Source: Camelus ferus (Eukaryota). Taken from it: 64,000 nucleotides of DNA. A program made the translations under genes and the position numbers. Under the pieces are notes generated by a model that had not been told where the DNA came from, searched no databases, and worked only from the letters and a program-made list of their open reading frames with translations. This document shows, piece after piece, positions 11,590 to 24,387 of the stretch (positions within the stretch are counted from its first letter, which is position 1; each line of letters opens with the position of its first letter). The DNA lies in the NCBI RefSeq assembly GCF_009834535.1, contig NC_045696.1, positions 72,852,001 to 72,916,000 of the forward strand, given 5' to 3'.

Positions 11590-12370
11590 ACACAGAATAG
11601 GTAATGAATTAATATGATTCAAAACTCAAACACTACAAAATGGTACAAAGTGGAAACCTTCTCTCTCATTTATCCCCCAAGCTCCAAATTCAAATTCTCC
11701 TCTCAACAGGCAAACTATTGCATATATACATACATAGTCTTTTTTTTTCCTTTTTTAGACACAAATGCTAGCCCACTAGACATGCTTTTCCACCCTTTGC
11801 TCTTTTACATTTAACCAAAAATCTTGGGGTTCACATCTGTAAGCGAAGTACTCCCTCATTCTTGTTTATATTTGTTAGTGTTTCATTAAATTGATGCATC
11901 ATTATTTATTTAACCAGTCCTATTACTGGACTTTCTGGATGTCCTGAAAACCTTACTACTATAAACAATGCCTCAGCGAGTAATCTTTCCAACGTTTGAG
12001 AAGATGCCTGTTGGCTGCACTGCTACGAGTCTGACACTACCAGGTCAGAAGGCGTATGCATTTAATTTTGATAGATACTAACAAATTTCTCTCTAGAAGC
12101 TGTATCAATTGGCAGAGAGCCACTTCTCAGTGTTGTCAAACTTTTTTACATTTGCCAGTCTGATAGGTGAAAAATAAAATTTCACTGTCATTGTAATTTG
12201 CATTTCTCTTCCTATGAGTGGGGCTGAGAAGCTTTTCATGTGCTTAAGATCAATCTCTCATTTTCTGCAAACTGTCCATATCATTTGCTCCTTTTTTCTA
12301 GAGTTTTCGGCCTTTTAAATGGGCTTGTAGAGTATGGAGATGAGACCTTTGTCTGAGACTTGAGTGGCAC
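11590..12370 (-). mobile_element. Ancient L1 (L1ME-like) fragment
   Basis: Antisense ORF2-end motifs: gccagtctgataggtgaaaa...aatttgcatttctct...gaagcttttcatgtgctta. Confidence 0.7.
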
Positions 12371-12606
12371 CGTTTCTCTAGGCCTGACAATCTGCCTTCA
12401 CTGAGAACCCCAGCCCCACAGCGGTGGCACTGGCACTAGCAGCCTGACCACCCCCGTGCTGACCCATCCGCACCTGAACTCTCGTGAAACCTGCTCTCTG
12501 CCTGGCCAAGCTTCCTTCCACAGCCTGGGTTCGGCCCCCATGGCTTGCTTTCCTCCAGGAGACAGCTAAGTTACCCTGCTCTGGCTACTCTACCTGCAGG
12601 TTCCTC

Positions 12607-12645
12607 TGAGGAGGTGAGGAGGTGAGGAGGTGAGGAGGTGAGGAG
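12607..12645. repeat. (TGAGGAGG)n tandem repeat, ~4.9 copies
   Basis: Perfect 8-mer tandem array. Confidence 0.95.
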
Positions 12646-12754
12646 AGAAGTGAGAACTGGTGCATATTCTCAGCACCAAACCCTGACCCAGGATTCATAC
12701 ACATCACTAAGTCTCATCCACTAAGCACTCCCAGTATCCCGTACAGGGGCTTGA

Positions 12755-12965
12755 TAATAATGATCACTGCCATGTACTGAACATTGACCGTGGGCCAAGC
12801 AGCAGCCAACACACTTTCCATATATTAGGTCATTTCATCCTCAGAATATCTCATGAAGGTATAATTATCATCAGAAGACAACACCAGTGACAGAAATGTT
12901 AAATAATTTGCAAGGGGGTCATAAGAGCAGTATGAAGCCAGGACTGCAAGTCAGGCATTCTGGAC
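12755..12965 (-). mobile_element. MIR SINE
   Basis: catgtactgaacattgacc...catttcatcctcagaa antisense MIR. Confidence 0.6.
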
Positions 12966-13557
12966 CATCTATCAGCCTAACCAGACTCTGATCTTCAGCA
13001 GGTATCCTGGCCGCCACTCAGGTCACATAGATCACGTGCATGTACACACATATGCACACACTATAATAAAGAAAAAACTTTTACTAACATTGTATGAGAT
13101 TGAGGAAAACATATTGTCCTAGCACCAACATGATATGAGGTCTTGTGGGGTTATATAACCCATGACACTGAAAATTAAAGATACTTTAGGCCTTAGCTTG
13201 CCTAAGTTTTAACTGAAAGCCAAATAAGTTGCACGTAAGTCTGGGAATGATCCAACATTTCAAAGAATAAAGGAAGTAATATCTAGGAAAAGACAGCTAG
13301 AGAGTTGTGACATGGGCTGGTCCCGTGGGCCCTGGAAGCAATGCTTTGTTACCTAACCTTACACCACTCACATCCCAGGCAGAAATACATCCCAGCCCTC
13401 AGCACAGGCCTGTGACAAACCTTACTACAGCCAGTGACTTAGGGACCCCTACTTGCGCATGAAATCTCCATAGCCTAGGCCTATAAAATCAAACTTCCCC
13501 AATTCAAACCCACATCTCAAAGTCGAATATGCAGGGACAGATGCTAGAATAACTCAC

Positions 13558-13742
13558 CCAGCCGTGTGTCTGCCATGAGAGACGAGGCGGGCTCAGGTCT
13601 GCCCTCCACTCCCTTCTCAGTCCCTGGATGGCCACAAACGAAAACATCATCAGGCTGCATCTGCATCTGCATCGCATCCACGCAGAGCAAAAAGATGGCT
13701 TCCACACTGCGCCATCTACCTTGAAGAGCTGTGGCTAAAGGG
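13558..13742 (-). other. Candidate 185-nt non-coding exon
   Basis: Acceptor ctctgactttgcag| with a branch-point-like ctgac; donor TGG|gtgagt. Confidence 0.35.
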
Positions 13743-16180
13743 CTGCAAAGTCAGAGTCCATCCTTGTGACTGGGTGATTCTCTGCAGGGACCAGTCAAAC
13801 ATAACTTTCTGGCACTAGTTTTGTAAGGGATTCCAGCCAGCGTCTATTTTTAAGTCCAAAGTCAGATTTTGAATACTCTGGGTCTAATAATCCAGATGGT
13901 GATCAAATTCAGTTTTTAGTTCCTTCTACCCAGCATTCCTTTTTCATCAGTTGACTCACTCATTTCTTGGGCTGAAGGACCTGCCATTATTTATCACCCC
14001 CCAAACATATCCTGAGTCCCTACTGTTCTTTGGGACCAGAGGTAAAAAGACAAAAAAGAAAAAAAAAAAAAGTTCGTACCTGTAAGGTGCTATTAAGGTA
14101 GGAATTTAAAAAAAAAAACAAAAACCTTTCAAGGGCAGTTACAAGGTTAAAGAATTTCTGCTTGGATGGCGTTAAGCACAAATGCCTTAAAGGGTACACA
14201 CGATGGCCCTCAGGGCTGAAACGAGACAAGATGGCAAAGAACACCCAGAGCGAGTGATGACTGAGCTCAGCACTGCCAGAGCTAGAGGCAGTGGGGAGAA
14301 TCATCCAAGTAGAGATGCTGCAGGAGCAAAGGCCCGGCGGTGAGAACACATCGCCCACCTGAGAGGCCACAGTAGTTAAGCGCGGCTGCGACGTGGAGGG
14401 CTAAGGCTGAGAGAGAAGGAGCGCTCCCAGTGAGCAGCCAGGCTGTGAAAGGCCCGGGATGCTCCGCCAAACGTGTCTTTGACCCTGACCCTGACCCTGG
14501 TGATGAGGACACAGAAATACACTAAGCAGAACACGATCTGACCAACTTCAGGCTTTAGAGAGGTCTCCCTGAGAACAGAGTAAAAGTAGCTAAAAGTAAT
14601 AAACAGGAGACGTTTGACTACCTCCCTCTGGTCTCCCTTTGCCAGCCTTTTCCTTGCCATCTTCTCCCTGACCTCTTCCACAGCAAGACTGCTCGGGGGT
14701 GGCAGTCCTGACAGAGTGTGAATGACTGATAAGACTTAGTCGGTTGGTGTTTTGATAAGATACAAAATCTTAAGCAAAGAAATAAGGATGTAGAATTTGG
14801 AAAAGTCAAATTAAATTGGTGGGATAAGTATCTGGGTGGGAGACACCCCACTGGAATTTCCAAAATCACATTGAATGACATCCACCGCTGCCCTCATTGG
14901 GACAAAATCACACACCGCACACCAGCAAAGTCACGTATATGCAAGATTATTCATTGCAGCAATATTTAGAATACCCATAAGATTGAGAACAACTTAAATG
15001 TTTATCAGTTTGGAACTGTTTAAATAAATCATGGCATACATATAAAATGCAATACCATGAAGCTATTTTTTTTTTTAAAAAAAGGGCTAGGGAAATATTA
15101 TCTACTAAGTAAAAAGAGCATTAAGACACAGTATTAAGTGGAAGATGCAGAACAGTGAGTATGTTACACTACCACTTTCCCACAAAAGATACTGGGAGCA
15201 GAGGGAAGGGAAATATACATGTGTTTGTTGTACTGGGCATAAAACTTCTCTGGAGAGAGACTCAAGAAAATGATGATGTCTGGTTGCCAGTGGGAAGAGG
15301 AAATGGGTGGCTGGGGAGGCAGACTTCACTCTATCCCCCTTTGTTCCTTTTGAATCATGTAAATGTCGCCCCTGTCCTGGAATAGCTCTCAGCCAAAACA
15401 GATAAACACATGTACAATGGGTGAGTGATCCGCAGCACTATCTAATAGGCCAGAGCACAGAGGCAAGGAAGGGGTTAAACAGAGCCTTGGTCTGGGGCCC
15501 GCGAAAGTCCACCTGAGAGAGCGCCTATTCCCAGTATTTCAGCCCAGTCCCCCAGGCCCCCATACTGCAGGAGGATTTAGATCATGATGTGGCACCCAGG
15601 GGGCTCTTCCCCAGCCCTCTAACCTTACAGGCGTGGCCACTGAGAAACTGAGGGGCCGCAAGGTGAAGGCACTTGCCTCAAGCCACGTGGGTGGGCAGCA
15701 GTGTCCCAAGCCTGAACCCACCACGGTGTCCCTTCCCCTGGCACAAGCCCAGTGACCCTGGCAGTGCTCTGGGCTGGCTGCAACACAGTTTGGCTGTAGA
15801 GACTCCACTTGCCCATCTTCTCTGGAGGCCCTGAACCACCTGTGTGTCCAGAAACCATTGAGATGTCGCCTCCTCCCTCCCAGCGACTTCAGAGGAAGTG
15901 CTCAGCAATCGCTGAGTTCCCTCGGTCCTTGCGACCTCAGGCCACCATCCCTGTCATGGAACTTTCAGTTTGGTTCTGGCCCCTTTGTGGAGTTAACAAA
16001 CGGAAACCTCAGCATTTCGTGCTTACTCTTGCTGTAAAGGAAACAAAATAAAAATCCATCAACCTGCCACGCATCCTGGCTCGCTTTGGCCTTCAACTTC
16101 TCCATGGCAATAGAGCAATTTGTTCTCATTTGCAAATCCCTGCCCCCCCTGCCCACAGCAGTGAGCACAGCCTTCATTAC

Positions 16181-16340
16181 CTGAAGGCTTTAGAACGGGG
16201 CTGAGCCTGAAGCAGCTGGACTCCTCAGGGATTTCAGAGCCCTGACTTGCTAACACTTCTTTAGTTTTTCCACTGAACTGCTCTTTCCGTCCGGGACCTT
16301 TCATTTGCTCCCGCAACTCCACACACTTAACCGTGGAGCT
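16181..16340 (-). other. Candidate alternative first exon downstream of a MEF2/TATA-like promoter
   Basis: Donor CAG|gtaatg at 16181/16180; start inferred ~30 nt downstream of GAATAAAG (16372-16365). Confidence 0.45.
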
Positions 16341-16364
16341 CCCCTCTGCCCTCCTCCTCAGCCT

Positions 16365-16453
16365 CTTTATTCTTCCTGCTCCCTCCTCTGCACTTTAGAG
16401 CCGAAGCCCCGGCCTAAAAATAGCTCCCCCGATCCTGCCTGGTCTTTCATCTG
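16365..16453 (-). promoter_or_regulatory. Muscle-type promoter module: MEF2 site, TATA-like element, E-box
   Basis: Perfect MEF2 consensus CTAAAAATAG at 16414-16423; AATAAA on the minus strand at 16371-16366; E-box CATCTG at 16448-16453. Confidence 0.5.
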
Positions 16454-17149
16454 CGGTGCTGTTCCTTTTTCCCTTTCACTTCTAGGTGCCTTTGGAATAT
16501 GAGGGAAAGAAATCGCACTTCAGCAAATTTAATAATAACATAGCAATAATGTCAATAACAAAAGTGCCAAATATTTATTGAGCACTTACTTTGTACCCGG
16601 GACTGAGCTAAATACCTACATGCGTGCCCTCAGAACAAACACCTTTTCTGTTTTGCAAGCTATTTTTGTCTCCGATCATAAATGGTCTGTGGAAACATAG
16701 ACTATGATTGGTTTCATCACAGTCCACTCTCTGAGATGACAATTATCAATTGTGCTGCCATCTGACTGCTTTGAAGCAGCCCTTAACTGCCTGAGAGCCA
16801 GACTCAAGAACAAACTGACTATACGATGCTTACACTGTAGCCAGCAACGGGCAGATGGAGGACCACCTCCCCGCCCACCCCACAGTGCCACGGAACAACA
16901 CAGCTTCAATTTTATTCTTAGGCTACTAAACTCAAGTTCAACATCTCTCACCATGACCAAATCAATCTCGCTTGAAATGCCACCTTAATTTGAAGCTAGA
17001 CAACACAACAATGCAGCAGCCACAGTATTAGAAGTTTGGAAGAGAGACAGACATGCAAGTGAGCCCTGAAAATCTCTCACCGCTACCTATAAAGTTCCTC
17101 TTAAACTTACCTGCTTGGGATGGGGACATTTGATAGCATCTTCATTATC

Positions 17150-18356
17150 AGGAAATTCCACACCCTCTCCAGCATTTATCGTTTGTGGACATTTTAATGA
17201 CAGCCATTCTGACCACTGTGAGGTGATACCTTATAGCTTTGATCTGCGTTTCTCTGATAATTAGTGATATTGCGCACCTTTTCATGTGCCTGCCTATTGG
17301 CCATCTGTATATCTTCATTGGAGAAATGCCGGATTAGGTCTTCTGCTCATTTTTTGATTGAATTGTTTGGATTTTTTTGTTATTGACTTGTATAAGCTGT
17401 TTATATATTCTGGAAGTTAAGCCCTTGTTAGTAGCATCGTTAGCAAATATTTTCTCCCAGTTCGTAGGTTATCTTTTTGTTTTGTTTATGGTTTCCTTTG
17501 CTGTGCCAAAGCTCATAAGTTTAATTAGGCAAATGCTGGAGAGGGTGTGGAGAAAAGGGAACCCTTCTATACTGTTAATGGAAATGTAATTTGGTGCAGC
17601 CACTACGGAAAATAGAGTTACATATGCTCCAATAACTCTACTCCTTGGCATATATCTGGAGAAAACTTCAATTTGAAAAGATACATGCACCCCAATGTTC
17701 ATAGCAGCACTATTTACAATAGCCAAAACATGGAAGCACCCTAAATGTCCATCAACAGAAGATTGGATAAAGGAGATGTGGTACATATATATACAATGAA
17801 AGACTACTCAGCCATAAAAAAGAATGAAATAATGCCATTTGCAGCAATAAGTATGGATCTAAATATTATCAGACTAAGTGAAATAAGTCAAACAGAGAAA
17901 GACAAATATCACATATAGCTTATATGTGGAATCTAAAAAAAAAATGAGACAAATGAACTTATTTACAAACCAGAATCAGACTCACAGACATAAAATACAA
18001 ACTTATAGTTACCAAAGGGGAAAGACAGAGGGTGGGAAAAGATGGATAAATTAGGAGTTTGGGATTAACAGACACAAACTACTCTTATGCAGTAGATAAA
18101 CAACAAGGTCCTACACTATAGCACAGGAAACTGTATTCAATATCTTGTAATAACCTATAATGAAAAAGAGAATGAAAAAGAATATGTATATATATTTATA
18201 TATATGACAATCACCATGCTGTACACCAGAAAGTAATGCAACATTGTAAATCAACTATATTTCAATAGAGATGCTCATTAGCTTAATTCACTTTATAATT
18301 CTATTTGTAATAAAAACTGAAAACCTACAAAAATTTAAATATTAAGGAAATTCCAC
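17150..18356 (+). mobile_element. 5'-truncated, 5'-inverted L1 insertion with TSDs and a probable 3' transduction
   Basis: Antisense L1 segment 17158-17529, sense segment 17530-~18266 (ORF2 C-terminus plus 3'UTR), TSD aggaaattccac at 17150-17161 and 18345-18356. Confidence 0.9.
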
Positions 18357-21300
18357 TAGAAATAAAGATGAAGTAACTCATGGAGCTTGTGGTACTGTAT
18401 ATTCTAAGCACATCATTATCACTTTTTAAAAAGGCTAGGTTGCTGAATATTTTTATCTTAGTCATTCTATTAATATAGCATCTGAACCTTGTCTCCCTTC
18501 CCCAAATTTTTCTCTTGTCTAATCAGTCTTCCTTCCACATGATGCCATAGTGGTAGTTCTAATAAAAATATCTGAATAGAAATAGTAAACAAATATGTAA
18601 TCACAAATCTATTTTGCCCACTAACATATCTCAATATCAATAAGTGTTCAATAAATATGTGTTTTTAACAAATAAATGAATTAATTAATCATCAAGAAAA
18701 GCATAATAAAACGGGAAACTTATTGTTGCCTATAAATCTACATTTTTTGGTTTTGTGGTTTTTTGGTTTTTTTGTTTTTTTTTTAAATAATTCTTCCCCA
18801 ATGCTGACAGGAATGTGGGAACAAAGCTCCTCTTTTTTTGACAAGAGGGATTTTGACAACATAATTTTTTTCACAAGCCTTCACATCCTTTCATTCCTAA
18901 GAATTAACTCTAATAACTTATCAATGAGTAGGAAGAAAAGGCATATAGAAAGAGTTTCCAAAATTTGAAAATATTTAAAGTTCAGCAATAATAAAATGTG
19001 AAGTAAATGGTGGTACAACCACTCAGTGAAATAGTATATAGCTATCAAAATGATTATTAAATTGATAGATAACATAACAGGTGAAAAAATAACAAAACTG
19101 GCACTGTGATAATACCTATGTAAAATACACAGAAACTCATGCAGAAAACACTAGCAAGAGGAACTAGATTTAAATTTTGTCTGCCCAGTTAATAAATCAT
19201 GTAAATTTAGGTGGGTCAATCTCTGTGGTTGAATTTCCTCACATTAACTCTAATGTGATGGTAATGATAAAATAAGTGACTTTTGAGGGGTGCAGTAGGG
19301 AAGTGAACGAGTGCTGGGACGGAAGAGGATGAGCACCTGACAGATGTGCTGCCTACAGCGTCACCACAAGGGTGATGGAAGGATGGTGCTTCACCTCTGT
19401 CTCCTGCATCCTCAGTGATGTGCTGATGGTAGACACGTCCTGCTGTGCTCGCCTCGTCTTTCTCCCCCTCCTCTGGGAGGAAGGCCTGGATCTGCATCAC
19501 TTCCATCCACGGCGCTCCTGTCCTACTGCTCGGTGGTGCTTTCGTGCAGCCTGGAGCTCATCATTACCTTTTCTATGTACATACTGATGCCTGAGCCCCT
19601 CAACATGGCTCTCAGGAGAGGGGCATGTGGGGTCCCTCTTCATGGACCCTTCAGCACACAACCAAATGCACTACCACAAGTTATTTCGATTTTTAAAATA
19701 CATTGATTTGGCAATCATACCGACAGGAGAAGTATGTAAATTGTCCATCATTCAATCAACAGTAGCTCTTATTCCATTTCTTCCTTTTAATCATATTTTA
19801 TCTCATAGTCACATAAGAGCTAAGAAACAAATCCTGGTTTTCCTTGGTTTGTATTTAACATCCACTTAGTTTTATAACTTGCTGAGTTGTAGATAGCCTT
19901 GTTCCCAAGATTAACTAATTCTGTAACTTTCTGGTGCCGAAATAAATGTAATAACTGAGATCAATGGTAATTAATTCCCAGGAAAAAAGATGTACCAAGG
20001 AGAAAGCCAGAGATAGGCCATTATGACTTCTACGAAAGAACCCTTTGGAAGGCAGGATTACCTTCAATTTGAATTATGCTCCCAATTCAAAGGTAAGTGG
20101 TTCGACTCAAAGTTTTTTTGTACCCACTACTTCCCTAGGGCAAGAGTCCTGCAAGCAAATACCTTTCATGGTGCCAGCTCCTTTTGTGTTTTTCACAATT
20201 AGCTTATCTCCAATTATATAAACACGTACATGATGACAATCTTTGGTTATGGAGGTATTACAGGAAAATAGAGGTTACTTTAACTTTGAGAGTTGGTTTG
20301 AGGACAAACCAGATTAAAGCTTATATGGATACACAAAATAATAGACTAATGCTATTGTCTGCTTCCTTTGAATTATTTTATTAGAAGGAACATATTAATT
20401 ATAATGAAAGCAAACTTGGACTCTGTGGGTTTCTGAAGAAAATTCCTTTGTAGCATCACGGCAGGATTTCCCACCATTTTTCTCTTTCTGATGAAATTAA
20501 CTCCCCATGGCTGGTCAGCAGGATAATCTAATTTTAGCCAATCAGCTTGGGAGCTGCCGTTGACCTCACAAAGGGAGAGGAAAATATCTGCAGTCATAGC
20601 AACCACTCGCTCAGCTCTGATCATCTCTGGACCCTTCCGCCTAATGACAGACACCGGTTTGCTTCTTAGATGATTAATCTTTTCCCCTGTGCACCTCCTT
20701 GAATACATTAGCCAAACAAGTCTGATAAATTTGTTTATCCCAAGACAATCATTAGAAAATTACCTGCAAAAGTAATTCTCACTAGAGCAGTTTGTGAATG
20801 GAAAGCCATATGGCAGATGAGAAGAGAAATAAGCAATAAAATCTCTTGCTGTATGTCGCAACAGGTCAGGAACGTTTCCCCCTTTAAACTTTGTCATTTT
20901 ACACTAGATCACAATAGCACAGCAGCCTAAAGGCCATTTCACAAGAGCAGAACTTTTATCCAGTTAATAGTTATTCCTCCTACCAGCTCTGCACACCTAC
21001 TGTGTGTGAGGCTCTAGGGACACACCACTGAATATGAGCTGTCTGTGCCTTCTCACAGCCCAGTGGGAGGAGACAGATGTGTACGTCGATAATTACAGCA
21101 CACCATCAGGGCCATGGGAGAGAATGCGGAGAGCTCCGAGAGCCCTGGAAGGGAGTGGATAATTTTTTCCCAGAACCAACAAAGGATGTCACTGCAATGA
21201 CATTCGGAGTAGAAAAAAAAAAAAATGAGCAGAACTTCTCCAACACAGGAGAATATTCTAGGCAAAGAGAACAGCTTTGAAAAGATGTGGACTTATGGAC

Positions 21301-22869
21301 ACTTGTGATAGACTCTCGGGCAGCAAAAGATCTGGAGCAGCTGGGTACTGACCACTTCTCCTTCCAGGAAATGAAACTGGAAATGTGCGTTGGGACTAGG
21401 CTGACAGTACTTTGTAGGATGGCATGAACACATTTTCAGGGCTTCAAGAAGACTAGGCAATGGGCATGGACAGGAAGGGGCCAATTTGGAAGCTCTTTCT
21501 GAGACCGAATTAAGAGAATGTAATTGGTGTTGTATCCTTAGTGATGCTCATTTGTGGAAAGATTGGGAAGACAATGAACATGTGTTGCAGCCACGCAGCT
21601 AATATGGACCAATTCCACGTGCAGCCACTGGACCCACTACTAAAGGGTCAGTTCCATGAGTGGAAGAGAGGACAGGGTCCCTGTGGGATTGAGAGGTTTA
21701 AAGTGAGAGAATGTATTTCAAGCAGCTGATGAGACAACTGTGTGGTCAGAAAGGGAGGTGTAGCCTAATTGACCCTAAAGGCTTTTACAAACCAACATTA
21801 CACAAACCTCACCAGAACAAGGGGCCAGGCACCAGAAGCCTGGACCAGCAGCCAAGGCAGTCTGAGTGCAGATAAGGACTCCAGCAGTGGTCGGACAACC
21901 AGGCCCAAGCAGAGGTTCCGGAGCAATTCTTGGGTTCCATTAAGACGGCTTCAGAAACAGACTAGCATGAAAGCGGGGCCCATCACTGATAATGTTCTCC
22001 AGACCCACTCGGCAGGAAACGTGCTCCAGGCTCAGACAGAGGCCCTGGGCCAGAGGATTTCCACATCTGTCTAGGGGTCCCAGCTCTAACCTCCAGTTCT
22101 CTTTCATCTTCCAAGAAGAGTATCACCCACCACAAACTCACTCCACAAAAGCCTAAGAAAGGAGCCAGTCATTAAGCTGAAGAGTTGGTATTTTCCAAAT
22201 TTTCAGCAGTAAGCATGTTGAATTTTGTAATATAAACATATTTTTAATAAAAATTATGATATAAATGACCTCAGATGCTGTGTCTAAAATAGCAAATACA
22301 CAGCAAGTTGGACATAATCATCACAAGTGCTTACTAAGCCCCTGCTCAGTACCAGGCCTGTGCCGAGCCCTCCATGGACCCTGAGTCATTTATTTTCTCA
22401 CAGCGACCCCATAAAAAAAGGGGTTCTATGAATTTCTCTGTTTTCTTGGTGAGAAAACAGTTGGAAGTGTATACTTTTAAGAAACTTATAAATGCAATTG
22501 TAGTTTCAGATAATCTCTTCTGTAAAACAAAACAAAACAAAAAACCACAAACAGTCAATTTAACATTTTAAAGAGAATATTGCCTGGGGACTATTATTGT
22601 TTCTACTGAAAAATTTTTAAAAAGGAAATTCTGTTTGACCATATTCTGAGCGCCTGTGCGCCCAGCTCTGGAATGCAAGGAGAAGCAGGCGATCTGATAG
22701 AGGAGGCACACGAGCACCTGCGGGTAAGACGGTGTGATACATGCCTTAGGAAGGGGCTGTGCTGAACGGCACAGAGCGCAGAGGAGGCAGCAGTCAGCCC
22801 GTGGGCACCTTGTCTGAGCAAGAGCTGTTATAGCGACTGGCTCCACTCACTGAAGGCCAGGCTCCACGC

Positions 22870-23085
22870 TGGAGGCTTGAGAAACGTACACACTTCATTT
22901 GTCTCCCATGACAACCTGGGGGTGGGGATGGGGTCTCACCATTTTCCCCTGCCACTTTATAGATGTGGAAGATAGAGGTCAGAGGTAGGGAGTTTACCCA
23001 AAGTCCCACAATTATTACATAATAGCTCTAGGATTTGAGCCCAGGTCTGTGTGATCCTGAAAACTGGCCATTTTTCACTGCATTG
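22870..23085 (-). mobile_element. MIR SINE
   Basis: ctttatagatgtggaagatagaggtcagag...ggatttgagcccaggtctgt. Confidence 0.7.
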
Positions 23086-23496
23086 TCAATCACAAAAATA
23101 CAGTCTGCTCCCATGTCACAGGTTTCAGTTCTTCACGACAACAAGACAAGCAACCTGCATTCAGAAGCAAATTCCCACATTCACACGGTGAAGGGTTCTT
23201 CCCTAAATTTCTTTCACTTATTCCCCAGTTTCCTTATTTTATTTATTCCCCCCACACAAGCGCACCGAGAGACAGTATTTGCCAGAGGACCACAGCACAG
23301 AACGTTGCTTCAAGAAAGGACCTGTGTTTCAATTCCAAAAGACCCAAGCTGCATATTCAATTTTTCTTTGGATCACTCCAGAACCTAGAGTTTTGCTGGA
23401 GACACCATTCTTTCTGTCTTTCACTTTTTTCAGTACTCAAAATCCATAGTCTATCTTTTATTGAGCCCTCCATCAATAATAATAGGGCCTCTGAAA

Positions 23497-24387
23497 TGCA
23501 GGTGGCCAAAGGCACATGAGAAGGTGCTCAACATTGCTAGTCATCAGGGAAATGCAAATCAATGAGATATCACCTCACACCTGTCAGAATGGCCATCATC
23601 AAAAAGTCTACAAATGATAAATGCTGGAGAGGGTGTGGAGAAAACAGAACCCTCCTACACTGTTGGTGGGAATGCAGTTTGGTGCAGCCATTAGGGAAAA
23701 CAGTATGGAGATTCTTCAAAGACCTAAATGATCCAGCAATCCCACTCCTAGGTATATATATCCGAAAGAAACCAGAAACACTAATTCAAAAAGATATATA
23801 CACCCCAACGTTCATAGCTGCATTATTTACAATTGCCAAGATATGGAAGCAAATTACCAGTCCATCAACAGATGCCTGGATAAAGATGTGGTGCATATAC
23901 GTACAGTGGAATACTACTCAGCCATAAAAAATAATGAAATGTTGCCATTTGCAACAACACGAATGGATTTGGAGGGCATTATGCTAAGTGAAATAAGTCA
24001 GACAGAAAAAGAAAAATACTGTATGATACCACTTACATGTGGAATCTAAAAAATACAGCAAAGTAGTGAATATAACAACAACAACAACAAAAAAAAGCAG
24101 ACTCACAGATACAGACAACAAACTAGTAGTTACCAGTAAGGAGAGGAGAGGGTGGAGGAGCAAGAGAGGGGTGGGGATTTAAGAGGTATAGACTACTATG
24201 TGCAAAATCAATAAGCTACAAGGATCTATTGTACAAGACAGGGAATTTAGCCAATATTTTATAACTATAAATGGAGTATAACCTTTAAAAGTTGTGAATC
24301 ACTATATTGTATGCCTGTAATTCATATATTATTGTACAGCAACTAAACTTCAATAAAAGAAGAAAAGCCAAAAAAAAAAAAAAAAAG
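23497..24387 (+). mobile_element. 5'-truncated L1 (ORF2 C-terminus, 3'UTR, poly-A)
   Basis: Translates [16 protein letters not shown]...CWRGCGE...LLHCWWEC (L1 ORF2 cysteine-rich region) with frameshifts; AATAAA followed by an A-tail. Confidence 0.95.

Noticed and set aside
12607..12645. CRISPR-like or functional repeat array
   Set aside because: Simple 8-mer tandem repeat without spacers, in eukaryotic DNA.
17377..17786. ORFs of 70 and 105 aa
   Set aside because: Artefacts of the inverted L1.
23562..24049. ORFs of 121 and 68 aa as a gene
   Set aside because: Frameshifted L1 ORF2 C-terminal remnants.
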